From: a virus
Taxonomy: Duplodnaviria; Caudoviricetes
Direction: 5' to 3' (one strand)
DNA length: 46,844 nucleotides
Virus record (IMG/VR): IMGVR_UViG_3300011416_000016
Span: 1 to 46,844 of that record
In this document: positions 37,798 to 45,978 of the stretch, piece by piece
Layout of the letters: the number at the start of each line of letters is the position of its first letter
How positions within the stretch are numbered: position 1 is the first letter of the stretch
The notes under the pieces: generated by a model
The model's input: the letters and a program-made list of their open reading frames with translations, nothing else
Databases searched by the model: none
Told to the model about the DNA's origin: nothing
Translations under genes and position numbers: made by a program

Positions 37798-37943
37798 CCG
37801 AGGTTCCGTGCAGCCAGTGGCAGGAACTGGCCGAGGCCGTCGTCTACGTCTACAAGAACGGCGGGCTTGAAGGCATCGTGGCGGTTCTCCTCGGGATCGC
37901 GTTCTGGCGGAAGCCTTGGTTCCGTGATCAGGCGAAACCATGA
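37794..37943 (+). CDS. Small single-TM protein
   Basis: GTGA and ATGA overlaps; GIVAVLLGIAFW. Confidence 0.55.
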   Translation: MTEVPCSQWQELAEAVVYVYKNGGLEGIVAVLLGIAFWRKPWFRDQAKP

Positions 37944-38746
37944 AGCCGGAGACGCGCTGGAAGATCGCCTGCTTCCTGATGCTCGCCGTCTGCGTGTCGC
38001 TCGCGTTCGGATTCCTTTCGGCGTACATGCACTCGCGTGAAAGCGACAAGGCGCTCGACGCCTACATCGATGCCGATGCCAAGCGCAAGGGATTCGGTAA
38101 GGGCGAGTTCGAGGAGCCGAAGATTCCCGACGCCCCGGTGGGGTCGAAGAAGATCTTCACTATCGAGGGAGGGGTGACGTATGCTCCTAAGAAAGGGGCG
38201 AGTAGACCGGACCCGACGACCCCTATAGCGAGTGCGAAGCTCACTCCTGAAGTCGGAACTGCTCGCCCCGACCCTGCCCCAGCTGGAATCCCCACCAAAA
38301 CAGCGGACATGGCTCCAGTTCTGACCGGCCAGTGCTCGCTCGACGAGGTAGGGCTCGACGTGAAGTGCAAGGCTGACGGCATCGCGGCTCCAGGGGCCCC
38401 GTACGGACGCCTGACGATGAGCGGGAAGCTCTACGGGTTCGGGCAGGCCCGAGACCTCCCAGAGATGACTGCGGGCGACGTGAAGCTCAGCGTGGCGAAG
38501 TGGCTGGACCCGGCGACCTGGCACATGCAGGTGATGGGCGGCGTTGCCGCCGGGGAGCGTCTAGGCCTTGAGTTCGGCCTGTCCGGTAGGGGACGATCCC
38601 GCTTCGGCTGGTACTCTTTGGTGGAATATCAGCCCGCCGTGTCGGGTGACCAGGCATACAGCTCGTCAACGGAGACCTACTCCACGGTGGGGGCTGAGCC
38701 CTCGACCTGGCGGGTACACGCAGGAATGACGATCTCGGTCCGTTAG
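37940..38746 (+). CDS. N-terminally anchored protein with Pro-rich linker and C-terminal beta strands (spanin candidate)
   Basis: TM IACFLMLAVCVSLAFGFLSAYM; C-terminal strands ending WRVHAGMTISVR. Confidence 0.65.
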   Translation: MKPETRWKIACFLMLAVCVSLAFGFLSAYMHSRESDKALDAYIDADAKRKGFGKGEFEEPKIPDAPVGSKKIFTIEGGVTYAPKKGASRPDPTTPIASAKLTPEVGTARPDPAPAGIPTKTADMAPVLTGQCSLDEVGLDVKCKADGIAAPGAPYGRLTMSGKLYGFGQARDLPEMTAGDVKLSVAKWLDPATWHMQVMGGVAAGERLGLEFGLSGRGRSRFGWYSLVEYQPAVSGDQAYSSSTETYSTVGAEPSTWRVHAGMTISVR

Positions 38747-39123
38747 TCCTTGCGGTGCCTCTTGCCGTGGCAGATGGGGCACAGCCATTCTACGTCCATC
38801 GGCCGGGAGTAATCCTTGTGGTGGCCGTGAACGGGGCCAACCCAGCCGCACTCCGAGCAAGAGTTAGGCCTCTTCACCTTCCCGTCAGCAACGGCATTCT
38901 GCAGCGCCGATCGACACCGTCTCTTATACGGGTCGACGGCAGAACGCTTGCGGCGCTGCTTGGCGTTTACCTTGCTCCGGTTCCTGTCCCTGTACCTCGA
39001 CGCCTCAGCTCTCTTGCGCGGCCTGGTGCATTGGTTGCATGTCGAGGAGTGTCCCATAGGGGCGCGCGCCCCCTTCGGAAACTCATCGAGCGCCTTCTTG
39101 ACGAAGCATCGTACGCACTGTCG
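38743..39123 (-). CDS. HNH endonuclease with N-terminal Zn finger; start region frameshifted
   Basis: CSECG...HGHHKDYSRPMDVEWLCPICHGKRH. The frame extends upstream of ATG 39057 as RQCVRCFVKKALDEFPK, to a TAG at 39124-39126. Confidence 0.8.
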   Translation of the reverse strand, partial: RQCVRCFVKKALDEFPKGARAPMGHSSTCNQCTRPRKRAEASRYRDRNRSKVNAKQRRKRSAVDPYKRRCRSALQNAVADGKVKRPNSCSECGWVGPVHGHHKDYSRPMDVEWLCPICHGKRHRKD

Positions 39124-39135
39124 CTAGCACCCATG

Positions 39136-39160
39136 AAAAGGGCCGGGTTGCCCCGGCCCC
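39136..39160 (-). terminator. Intrinsic terminator of the leftward operon
   Basis: Minus strand GGGCCGGG-GCAA-CCCGGCCC-TTTT. Confidence 0.8.
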
Positions 39161-39202
39161 TCCCATAACGAACGCTCCCCTCCACAGGGAGACGGAATCC
39201 TA

Positions 39203-39373
39203 CTACGCGCTCTTCGTCACGGCCGCCTTCGGCTTCGCCTTCGTCTCCGGGGACGCGCGGTGCGGAACCGTCTTGATGTCCTCGGCCTTCAGGCCAGCCG
39301 TAACGAGCGCCGCCTTCACGTCCTTCGCGTTCACTTCGAGCGGGTCGAACTTCACGATCATGCTGATCAACAT
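39203..39373 (-). CDS. 56-aa protein with Lys/Ala-rich tail (MLISMIVKFDPLEVNAKDVKAALVTAG...)
   Basis: Hand-translated; AGGAGG RBS; tandem TAG TAG stops. Confidence 0.7.
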   Translation of the reverse strand: MLISMIVKFDPLEVNAKDVKAALVTAGLKAEDIKTVPHRASPETKAKPKAAVTKSA

Positions 39374-39383
39374 CTGGAACCTC

Positions 39384-39581
39384 CTACGCTGACTTCCGAC
39401 GTTCCGGTCGGATCGGTATCGGGCGAGCTGCCCGTTCGCTGATTAGGTAACGCCCTCCGTTAGGGCCAGGGCCTCCGTGCTCCCACGTCGCCTTGAGCCT
39501 CGACGCATTGATCCATCGGAGCACGCGCTGGCGGCTGACGCCGAAGCGCGCCGCCGTCTTGGTGACCGTCAGCCTACGCAT
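39384..39581 (-). CDS. Excisionase/MerR-like HTH DNA-binding protein
   Basis: LTVTKTAARFGVSRQRVLRWINASRLKA...GRYLI. Confidence 0.8.
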   Translation of the reverse strand: MRRLTVTKTAARFGVSRQRVLRWINASRLKATWEHGGPGPNGGRYLISERAARPIPIRPERRKSA

Positions 39582-39813
39582 GCCCAACCTCCCTCGCTTC
39601 CTTCGCCTCGGCCTGACGATCCGGCATGCACGCAACGAGACGGATCTTCGCGCTCGGCCACATGCGTTCGTACACCTTGCGGAGGTGAGCGATCGCCTGC
39701 CTCTTCGTACCCGGCACGGCGTTGCCGCGGCGGCGGAATTCGGATTGCATTCCGAGGCGGTCGATCGTCATGACGAACGTGACCCGCCAGTGGGTGCAAC
39801 TCTCGCGCGTCAT
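39574..39813 (-). CDS. Hypothetical protein
   Basis: Overlapping operon member. Confidence 0.6.
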   Translation of the reverse strand: MTRESCTHWRVTFVMTIDRLGMQSEFRRRGNAVPGTKRQAIAHLRKVYERMWPSAKIRLVACMPDRQAEAKEAREVGHA

Positions 39814-40172
39814 CGCCGCACCGCGTTGCGATAGTCGGAGGCCCACAGCTGCAGCGCGTTGATCGCCGTGATGCACTTCTCTCGCCTTGCCGAGCGCCTG
39901 TTGATCCTGATGTGGTTATAGATCTTCTCCGCGTAACAGGTGTACGGGAGGTTGGTATTCCAGTCCTTGTCCTCGTGCTGGAATCCGATCCCGATCTGAC
40001 CGAACTTGGGAAACGCGACGACGGCCTGATCCTTCGACACGACTACACGAGCGAGCCAGAACGTGTCGTCGAGTGGCGGCGTTACAAAGACGATCCCACC
40101 AGAGAGCGTTCTGAGCGGAGCGTCCTTAACCTCGACCGCATTGACTTCGACCTGTAGAGCTTTGGCTTCCAT
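39810..40172 (-). CDS. Hypothetical protein (VVAFPKFGQIGIGFQHE.DWNTNLP)
   Basis: GGAGG RBS; globular composition. Confidence 0.7.
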   Translation of the reverse strand: MEAKALQVEVNAVEVKDAPLRTLSGGIVFVTPPLDDTFWLARVVVSKDQAVVAFPKFGQIGIGFQHEDKDWNTNLPYTCYAEKIYNHIRINRRSARREKCITAINALQLWASDYRNAVRR

Positions 40173-40174
40173 GA

Positions 40175-40393
40175 TCAGTCCTCCACCTGAAAATGGGACA
40201 TTGTCCCGTAGTCCGTTACCTCGTAGCTGATCCTCGATCCGTTCTTCGCCCCGCTCGCCGTGAGCGCGCGGAAGAACGGGCTCGCCTCGACCGGGATCGT
40301 GACGATGTCGCCGTAGTCCGTGAGGATCTCGACGGTCGCGATTCCGCTGCCCTGTGTCCAATTCACGGTTTGGATTGTGCCTCGCTCGCTCAT
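40175..40393 (-). CDS. Small OB-fold-like hypothetical protein
   Basis: GGAGG RBS; beta-rich pattern. Confidence 0.6.
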   Translation of the reverse strand: MSERGTIQTVNWTQGSGIATVEILTDYGDIVTIPVEASPFFRALTASGAKNGSRISYEVTDYGTMSHFQVED

Positions 40394-40593
40394 TCCGGCC
40401 TCCGTGGTGGTCCGTACGTTCCGAAGAGTGGCTGCTCCTTCGCAACCACGACGTGAGTCAGCAGGGCCTCGGCCGTTCGCGCCAGCTTGCGATGGCAGCG
40501 CGGGCACCAGGCGTTCTTCACGCGACGATGCTCGCCGCCTTTCCAGTGGTAGATGACGCCGCACGGCTTGCATCGACCCGTGACCCGGCTCAT
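40390..40593 (-). CDS. Zinc-ribbon protein
   Basis: CKPC...CPRC. Confidence 0.65.
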   Translation of the reverse strand: MSRVTGRCKPCGVIYHWKGGEHRRVKNAWCPRCHRKLARTAEALLTHVVVAKEQPLFGTYGPPRRPE

Positions 40594-40754
40594 CGCGCGC
40601 TCCGATACTCGTGACCACTGACCCCGTCTGCGTAGCCCAGCCGGTAGAGGTAGTAGTCGCAAGTGTAGGAGAGCCGCGAGAAGCGACCGACGAGCCTGTC
40701 GCACCGCCCAGCCCTATAGCCATCGGCATACTGCGTGAGCCACAAGCTGATCAT
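40590..40754 (-). CDS. Small hypothetical protein (YADGYRAG...GYADG)
   Basis: Repeated Y-x-x-G-Y motif; ATGA overlaps. Confidence 0.6.
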   Translation of the reverse strand: MISLWLTQYADGYRAGRCDRLVGRFSRLSYTCDYYLYRLGYADGVSGHEYRSAR

Positions 40755-41116
40755 TGTCCATCCTTCACTAGCGCGAGTGCTGCGCGAATCGTCGGCAGTA
40801 GCTCGTCCGTCCTCTTGCGCGTGCGGCCTTCTAATCCGCCCGACAAGTGCCACAGTGCTTCGCGTAGCGCGGAAGCGAGCGCGTTACGTTGGGTTTGCAT
40901 ACGCGCCCTAGAATCCGTGACGCCCTGAATAATGGCCCGTAGTTCTTTCTCTGTAGTTACTAGGGAATCGTGGGCGTTGCAGGCTTCGACGATGAAGGCG
41001 GCATCTTCCGCACCTTGGTATGTTACGGCAATAGTCTTCCCGTCAATCTCGCTTGCTACTAGGCCTTGATTGGAGGAGTTGCAGGTGTACCACGGTCCCG
41101 GCGTCCGGGCGTTCAC
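40751..41116 (-). CDS. Phage early protein of the TPGPW...DAAFIVEACN type
   Basis: Common phage early-gene motif followed by a coiled coil. Confidence 0.7.
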   Translation of the reverse strand: MNARTPGPWYTCNSSNQGLVASEIDGKTIAVTYQGAEDAAFIVEACNAHDSLVTTEKELRAIIQGVTDSRARMQTQRNALASALREALWHLSGGLEGRTRKRTDELLPTIRAALALVKDGQ

Positions 41117-41466
41117 TTGGAACCGGCCTTGTCGTGCCACGGATGCTCACAAGCTGTGTACCCGCCTCGACCGTTAGGCTCGACGAACCCACGAGCGCGA
41201 CCACCGTGCCATTCTTCGATGTGGCAACGCGGACACGCGAGAGCTGAGGGGGTGTTTGCGTCGAGACGGGCGAGGAAGGAGCGGGCGTCATAAGCGGTTT
41301 CAAGCGCCGTGTTCATCGTGCCGCGCATGAGATTCGATCCTGGTTCCATCGGTTGCCATGCGAACGCGCGCCGGAGCAGCGCAACCGCTTCATCAAGCTG
41401 CGCGCGAAGGGTGTCGATTGTTTCTGTCTCGGCTCTTCGTGATGTGAAGTTGTCCTGTCCCATCAC
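41113..41466 (-). CDS. Hypothetical protein with Zn motif
   Basis: CPRC...CEHPWH; GGAGG RBS. Confidence 0.6.
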   Translation of the reverse strand: MMGQDNFTSRRAETETIDTLRAQLDEAVALLRRAFAWQPMEPGSNLMRGTMNTALETAYDARSFLARLDANTPSALACPRCHIEEWHGGRARGFVEPNGRGGYTACEHPWHDKAGSK

Positions 41467-41693
41467 GCACCTCCCCAGCTGCGCTCGGACGCCCTCAGCT
41501 CTGCGGCGTTCTCATCGACCACCGGCTCGCCGATGTACTCGGCGCGATAGCTGCACGGCGTGCAGACGTAGTCGCAGTAGGGGTCGCCGTCGAGGACGTA
41601 GAACCCCTCGGCCAGCAAGAAGTTGGTATCGCAGTGCTTGCACGTCACGATGAAGTGCAGCCCGCTGGTTCCGTTGTTCTTCGCGAGTGTCAT
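41463..41693 (-). CDS. Zn-finger hypothetical protein
   Basis: CKHC...CDYVCTPC; GGAGG RBS. Confidence 0.65.
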   Translation of the reverse strand: MTLAKNNGTSGLHFIVTCKHCDTNFLLAEGFYVLDGDPYCDYVCTPCSYRAEYIGEPVVDENAAELRASERSWGGA

Positions 41694-41705
41694 GGGGCCT
41701 CCAGT

Positions 41706-41727
41706 GCGGGGGGACGAAGCCCCCCGC
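41706..41727 (-). promoter_or_regulatory. Intercistronic GC hairpin (TTCG-containing loop), no U tract
   Basis: GCGGGGGG-CTTCGT-CCCCCCGC between the DUF932 stop and the next RBS. Confidence 0.6.
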
Positions 41728-41733
41728 TGTTCT

Positions 41734-42762
41734 TTACGCGGTCTCGATGATCGAAAGCAGGTAGCGCCACGCGCGGTCCTTGATCTCGTCGCCTTGACCG
41801 AAGACTGCGCTCTTGAACCGGCTGTCGTTGTCTGAGTCGCGGAGGTGGTCGATGAAGTAGGTCGTGGCTTCCCAGAGGCCGCGCGCCGTACCGGGGCGAG
41901 CGCCTGGGGCGTTACCGTAGGCCTCCTGAAGAGCCTCGAAGCCGCGAACCTCACGGTCGACCCCCTCGTTGAACTTGATGCCATCGAACGCGGCAACCGA
42001 GTACACGCCGCTCGGAACCAGGCTAGGGCGAATCAATGCGCGGAAAAAGCTGGCGGCCAACCTGTCAGTCACCTTGATGCCGTTGAGCTGGCGGATCACG
42101 TTGACCTGTCCGTGGAAGACGCTCGCAGCTGCGTCGAGATCGAAGCCTAGCCCCTCGGCCGCGCGCTCGTTCGAGAACGCCGAGCGGTGCGACTGGCGAG
42201 CCTTTGACTTGTCGACCGAATCGGATTCGAGCGCAGCCTTCCAGGTGTTAGCGCACACCACGCGCACCGCCGTGGGGATCGCGATCGTGACCATCGACCC
42301 GTCGCACGCGGTCGCGAGCAGTGCGTACAGGCTGGCGATGTCTTGACCGGAGCCGTTGAGATCGGCATCGACCTCGGTGCGTCCCAGCGCCCAGTACCGC
42401 TCTCCACGCCCGAGCACGCCAGCGGTCTCGATGTCGAGGTTGAACTGTTTGCCGTAGCTCAGGAAGAAGTCGAGGATCTCTTTCGGCTGGTGGAATTTGT
42501 ACCGCTCGCCGACGACGCCGATGGCCGCCCCGGTGTCCGAGCGCGTGACAACCTGCTTGCCTTCGACGGAGACGAAGCTACCGGCGGGGTCGACGTAACC
42601 GGCCTTGCGGCCGATCAAGGAGAAGTTGAATCCGCACTTCTCGCTGATCTGCTCCGGCGTGTCCTCGGGGTTGATGACGTTGCAGTCGCTGTGCCAGGGA
42701 GTCTGGCCGCGATACGCCATGCTCGCGATGCCGTTTTCCCTGATGTGGATGTCTGCGCTCAT
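41734..42762 (-). CDS. DUF932/DUF945 family phage-plasmid protein
   Basis: MAYRGQTPWH...RSDTGA.IGVVG.RY...ETAG.LG.G...LLAT..DGS...T.VRVVC.NT...GTA.GLW.A.T...DH. Confidence 0.9.
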   Translation of the reverse strand: MSADIHIRENGIASMAYRGQTPWHSDCNVINPEDTPEQISEKCGFNFSLIGRKAGYVDPAGSFVSVEGKQVVTRSDTGAAIGVVGERYKFHQPKEILDFFLSYGKQFNLDIETAGVLGRGERYWALGRTEVDADLNGSGQDIASLYALLATACDGSMVTIAIPTAVRVVCANTWKAALESDSVDKSKARQSHRSAFSNERAAEGLGFDLDAAASVFHGQVNVIRQLNGIKVTDRLAASFFRALIRPSLVPSGVYSVAAFDGIKFNEGVDREVRGFEALQEAYGNAPGARPGTARGLWEATTYFIDHLRDSDNDSRFKSAVFGQGDEIKDRAWRYLLSIIETA

Positions 42763-42800
42763 TGGGGCCTCCGTTTGGTGCGCTGCATTGCGCGATGTGG

Positions 42801-42829
42801 AATATAGGCGATTGACAACAGAAGCGCAA
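42801..42829 (-). promoter_or_regulatory. Leftward early promoter
   Basis: Minus strand TTGCGC-17 nt-TATATT. Confidence 0.7.
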
Positions 42830-42889
42830 GAAAAAAGATGAGCTGCAAGTCGCTGGCAGCACAGGGCTTGCAAACCATGCTCTTTTCTC

Positions 42890-42917
42890 TTGCGCCACCG
42901 GCTACGAGGTGTATCTT
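42890..42917 (+). promoter_or_regulatory. Rightward early promoter
   Basis: TTGCGC-16 nt-TATCTT upstream of GGAGG and ATG 42935. Confidence 0.6.
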
Positions 42918-42934
42918 TCCGTGCGGAGGTTCCC

Positions 42935-43012
42935 ATGAAGACCATCATCGACCCAGGCCGAGCCACCCGCGCCATCGGCTCTGCGCGAAGTAGGAATGCG
43001 GTGATCGCGTGA
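42935..43012 (+). CDS. 25-aa leader ORF (MKTIIDPGRATRAIGSARSRNAVIA)
   Basis: Strong GGAGG RBS; stop overlaps the HNH start (GTGA). Confidence 0.5.
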   Translation: MKTIIDPGRATRAIGSARSRNAVIA

Positions 43013-43482
43013 GCGAATCAGACTTCTGGAAGTCCCGATCGGTAGATCCATTGACCGGGTGCTGGCTCTGGACCAGGGCAATAAATCCGCGAACTGGATA
43101 CGGCCAGGTGTTCTATCGCGGTGCCTTCATCAGCCCCCATCGACTGGCCTATCGCCTAGCCTGCGGAGAGATCGCCACGGCGCTCGTTGTCCACCATCGA
43201 TGCCGCGTCCGGCGTTGCTTCAACCCCGAGCACCTAGAAGCGCGGACCAGCCGCGAGAACGTTCTCATGGGGTCGGGTCCGTCCGCGCAGAACGCCAGGA
43301 AGCTGACCTGTCTGAAAGGTCATCCCCTCAGTGGCGACAACCTATGGGCGCGTCCGTCCGGCGTGAGGGAGTGCTTGATCTGCAAGAGGGCTAGGGCCGG
43401 AGCGCACCGCGAGAAATACAGGCAACGGATCAATGCGTGGTTCCGAAACTACGTCAGGCCAAAGAAAGCGAGGACAGCGTGA
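43009..43482 (+). CDS. HNH homing endonuclease
   Basis: GCWLW...GYG...HRLAY...VHHRC..R.CFNPEHLE..T..EN; C.KGH...REC..C. Confidence 0.92.
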   Translation: MSESDFWKSRSVDPLTGCWLWTRAINPRTGYGQVFYRGAFISPHRLAYRLACGEIATALVVHHRCRVRRCFNPEHLEARTSRENVLMGSGPSAQNARKLTCLKGHPLSGDNLWARPSGVRECLICKRARAGAHREKYRQRINAWFRNYVRPKKARTA

Positions 43483-43745
43483 GCATCGTACGCAACGGCA
43501 AGGCTACTAGGTCGGAGTCCATCGTGCCGCCACTGGAGTGCGGTGATGTTTCTAGGTACCAGGCCGTCAACCCAGACGTGTGGGAAGACGAGCCGTCGCG
43601 CCCGGTGCCGTGGAAGCACGTCGCCGTGTTCGCCGGAATTGTCACGCTCGCGTGCATCGGGCTGTTCGCGCCGCCACAGGCTCAGTTCGTAGTGTCTACC
43701 GTGATCGTGTTTGTGGGGGCGGCGGCGTTGCTGAAGTTGCTGTGA
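43479..43745 (+). CDS. 2-TM membrane protein
   Basis: Two C-terminal hydrophobic segments. Confidence 0.65.
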   Translation: MSIVRNGKATRSESIVPPLECGDVSRYQAVNPDVWEDEPSRPVPWKHVAVFAGIVTLACIGLFAPPQAQFVVSTVIVFVGAAALLKLL

Positions 43746-44029
43746 AGAGGTCCACGAAGCTCATCGTGCAGCGCGGCCTTGAGCGCATCGGAGAGGCGAG
43801 AGCCGAGGAGCGCCGTCGTCGCATGGATCGTCACGAGCAGGTCGTGAGACTAGAGGCCATCGTGAGGGCCGCTGACGCGCTCTTCGAGGCTTACCCCTTA
43901 GATCCTGGGTGCTTCGAGGGGTGTACCTGCCTCGACTGTGACTCACGGAATGACTACGCCAGAGCGCGCTCCAAGTACCGTCTCACTCCACAGGAGGCCC
44001 AGAGTGAATCGCATAATCCGAAATCTTAG
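43742..44029 (+). CDS. Hypothetical protein
   Basis: GTGA overlap; C...CTCLDC cluster. Confidence 0.6.
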   Translation: MKRSTKLIVQRGLERIGEARAEERRRRMDRHEQVVRLEAIVRAADALFEAYPLDPGCFEGCTCLDCDSRNDYARARSKYRLTPQEAQSESHNPKS

Positions 44030-44840
44030 TTACGACGACTACGTCAAGATCCCGGCGCTGCGCTACAGCGACGCGAAGGGATTCGTCAGATCTGCGCTGC
44101 ATGCGCGACACGACATGACACACCCGCGCGATCACACGTCATCGACCCTCACGGGAGTTGCCCTGCACACGGCCGTTCTTGAGCCGGAGAAGTTCTCAGC
44201 CCTCTACGCCGTAGCTCCCAAGCTCGACAAGCGCACGACGAAGGGCAAGGAGGCCTGGGACGAGGTCAAGGCGAAGAGCCCCAGCCTTCTGATCCTGCGT
44301 GACTCCGAGTATGAGAACGTCAGGGGCATGGCGGCAGCGATCAAGGCGCACCCGTTCATCCAGGCCGCGCTCGAAGTGCCGAAGTTTTCGCGCGAGCTGA
44401 CACTCGTGTGGGACGAGACCGTCGACGGCGTCGCGACTCCGTGCAAGTGCCGCATCGACTGGATCGTCACGCTCGACGGTGTCACCTACGTCATCGACCT
44501 CAAGTCGACCCAGGACGCGAGCGTCTACGAGTTCGGCAGATCGATCCACAAGTTCAAGTATCACGGACAGTCGGCGAGCTACTTGCGCGGGCTCCAGGCC
44601 GTGGCTCCCATCACCGCGCTTCGCCGCTGGGTGTGGGTCGCGGTCGAAAACACCGCGCCGCATGGCGTCGCCCTGTACGAGCCGAGCGAGGGCCTTCTAA
44701 CTCAGGGCCTCAACGAGTATCTGAGCGCCGTTCGGCAGTACGCTGATGCGGTGCGAACCAATAGCTGGCCGGGTTACCCGGCGATGATCACGCCGATCGA
44801 TCTCCCTCGGTGGGCGTGGAAAGACGAGGAGGTTGCGTAG
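44004..44840 (+). CDS. RecE/exonuclease VIII-like PD-(D/E)XK exonuclease (DUF3799 type)
   Basis: G.ALHTAVLEPEKF, CKCRIDW, IDLKST, YHGQSASY, WPGY. Confidence 0.9.
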   Translation: MNRIIRNLSYDDYVKIPALRYSDAKGFVRSALHARHDMTHPRDHTSSTLTGVALHTAVLEPEKFSALYAVAPKLDKRTTKGKEAWDEVKAKSPSLLILRDSEYENVRGMAAAIKAHPFIQAALEVPKFSRELTLVWDETVDGVATPCKCRIDWIVTLDGVTYVIDLKSTQDASVYEFGRSIHKFKYHGQSASYLRGLQAVAPITALRRWVWVAVENTAPHGVALYEPSEGLLTQGLNEYLSAVRQYADAVRTNSWPGYPAMITPIDLPRWAWKDEEVA

Positions 44841-45595
44841 TGACACAGGCAATGGAGAAGAGACAGATCGACATCGGCGAGCGCGGGCTCTCGCTCCGAA
44901 ACTTCGACGACATGTTCCGCTTCTGCGACGTGTTCGTGAAGAGCGGACTCGCGCCTGATGGCGACACGCAGGCCAAGGTGATGATCAAGCTGCAGGCCGG
45001 TCTGGAGCTTGGCTTCCAGCCGATGCAGGCGCTGCAGACGCTCATCGTCACGGACAAGGGCAGGCTCTCGATGATGGCGGTCGGCATGCTCGCGCTGATC
45101 CGCCGCTCACCGCTCTGCGACTGGGCCGACGTGACTGTCAAGGGCATCGGCGACGAGCGCGTGGCCGTGTTTTCCTTCCAACGGCGCGGCACGCCGGAGC
45201 GTTCGGTCACGTTCTCAGTGGACGACGCGAAGACGGCGCGCCTGTGGAACAAGAAGACGCAAAAAGGCCACGACACTACGTGGGTCACGTCGCCCGAGGA
45301 CATGTTGATCGCTCGCGCGATCTCCCGCGGAGCGAAGCGGTACTGGTCGGACGTTCTGCTCGGTGTCGAGGCACAAGAAGTGATGCAGGACGTGGATGGA
45401 TTTTCTCCGACTCCAGCGACCGGCCCGGTGCGCGGAGCAACGACGGTGAGCCAGCCGTCTGTCCTGACCGGACCAGTCGGTAATGATCCGATCTTCGACG
45501 CCGTCGAGGCGACGGCTCCTGACGGTCCGATCGACATCCCGATGGACCCAGAGCCCGAGCCTAAGGTCGACGAGAACGGAGAAGTAATCGAATGA
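44840..45595 (+). CDS. recT: RecT-like single-strand annealing protein
   Basis: SGLAP...GLELGFQPMQALQ...FSVDDAK.A.L...W...P.DML.ARA; follows the RecE-like gene. Confidence 0.8.
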   Translation: MTQAMEKRQIDIGERGLSLRNFDDMFRFCDVFVKSGLAPDGDTQAKVMIKLQAGLELGFQPMQALQTLIVTDKGRLSMMAVGMLALIRRSPLCDWADVTVKGIGDERVAVFSFQRRGTPERSVTFSVDDAKTARLWNKKTQKGHDTTWVTSPEDMLIARAISRGAKRYWSDVLLGVEAQEVMQDVDGFSPTPATGPVRGATTVSQPSVLTGPVGNDPIFDAVEATAPDGPIDIPMDPEPEPKVDENGEVIE

Positions 45596-45978
45596 GCGCC
45601 AGGGTCGCGGTCGTTGGGACTCGCAGCCCGAGCCACGAGCTGATGAAGCTGGTGGAGGACTACGTCTACAGCCTCGACCGTGAGGACATCGTCGTAAGCG
45701 GGGCGTGTCGCGGCGTCGATGCCTTCGCCGCGAAGATAGCGATCCGCCGCGGCATGAGGGTCAAGGAGTTCCCGGCCATAGAGACGGAGCAGGTTAGCTA
45801 CACAGACGCCTGCAGGGCGCGTAATGTTGAGATCGCCAAGTATTGCGATCGCATGATCGCGTTCCCAGGCCCCACGTCCAAGGGCACATGGGATGTCGCT
45901 CGCAAAGCCAGGTCGCGCAACAAGCCTGTGCTTGTCGTGACTCCGGAGACGACGTATCAGTACGAGGTGCTGCCGTGA
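45592..45978 (+). CDS. SLOG-superfamily protein (YspA/DUF2493/DprA-like)
   Basis: VAVVGTRS, VVSGACRGVD..A, RN..I...D..IAF....SKGT...A....KPV. Confidence 0.85.
   Translation: MSARVAVVGTRSPSHELMKLVEDYVYSLDREDIVVSGACRGVDAFAAKIAIRRGMRVKEFPAIETEQVSYTDACRARNVEIAKYCDRMIAFPGPTSKGTWDVARKARSRNKPVLVVTPETTYQYEVLP

Noticed and set aside
39124-39126. Stop-codon reassignment (TAG readthrough) to explain the broken genes
   Set aside because: TAG, TGA and TAA all end well-defined genes here, and the lesions are frame changes rather than in-frame stops
39203-39373. Heavy-metal-associated (HMA) domain resemblance
   Set aside because: Only the C-terminal VxFDP...AG half is similar, and there is no CxxC
42812-42817. 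Perfect TTGACA on the plus strand
   Set aside because: No usable -10 box 16-18 nt downstream; it lies in the spacer of the leftward promoter
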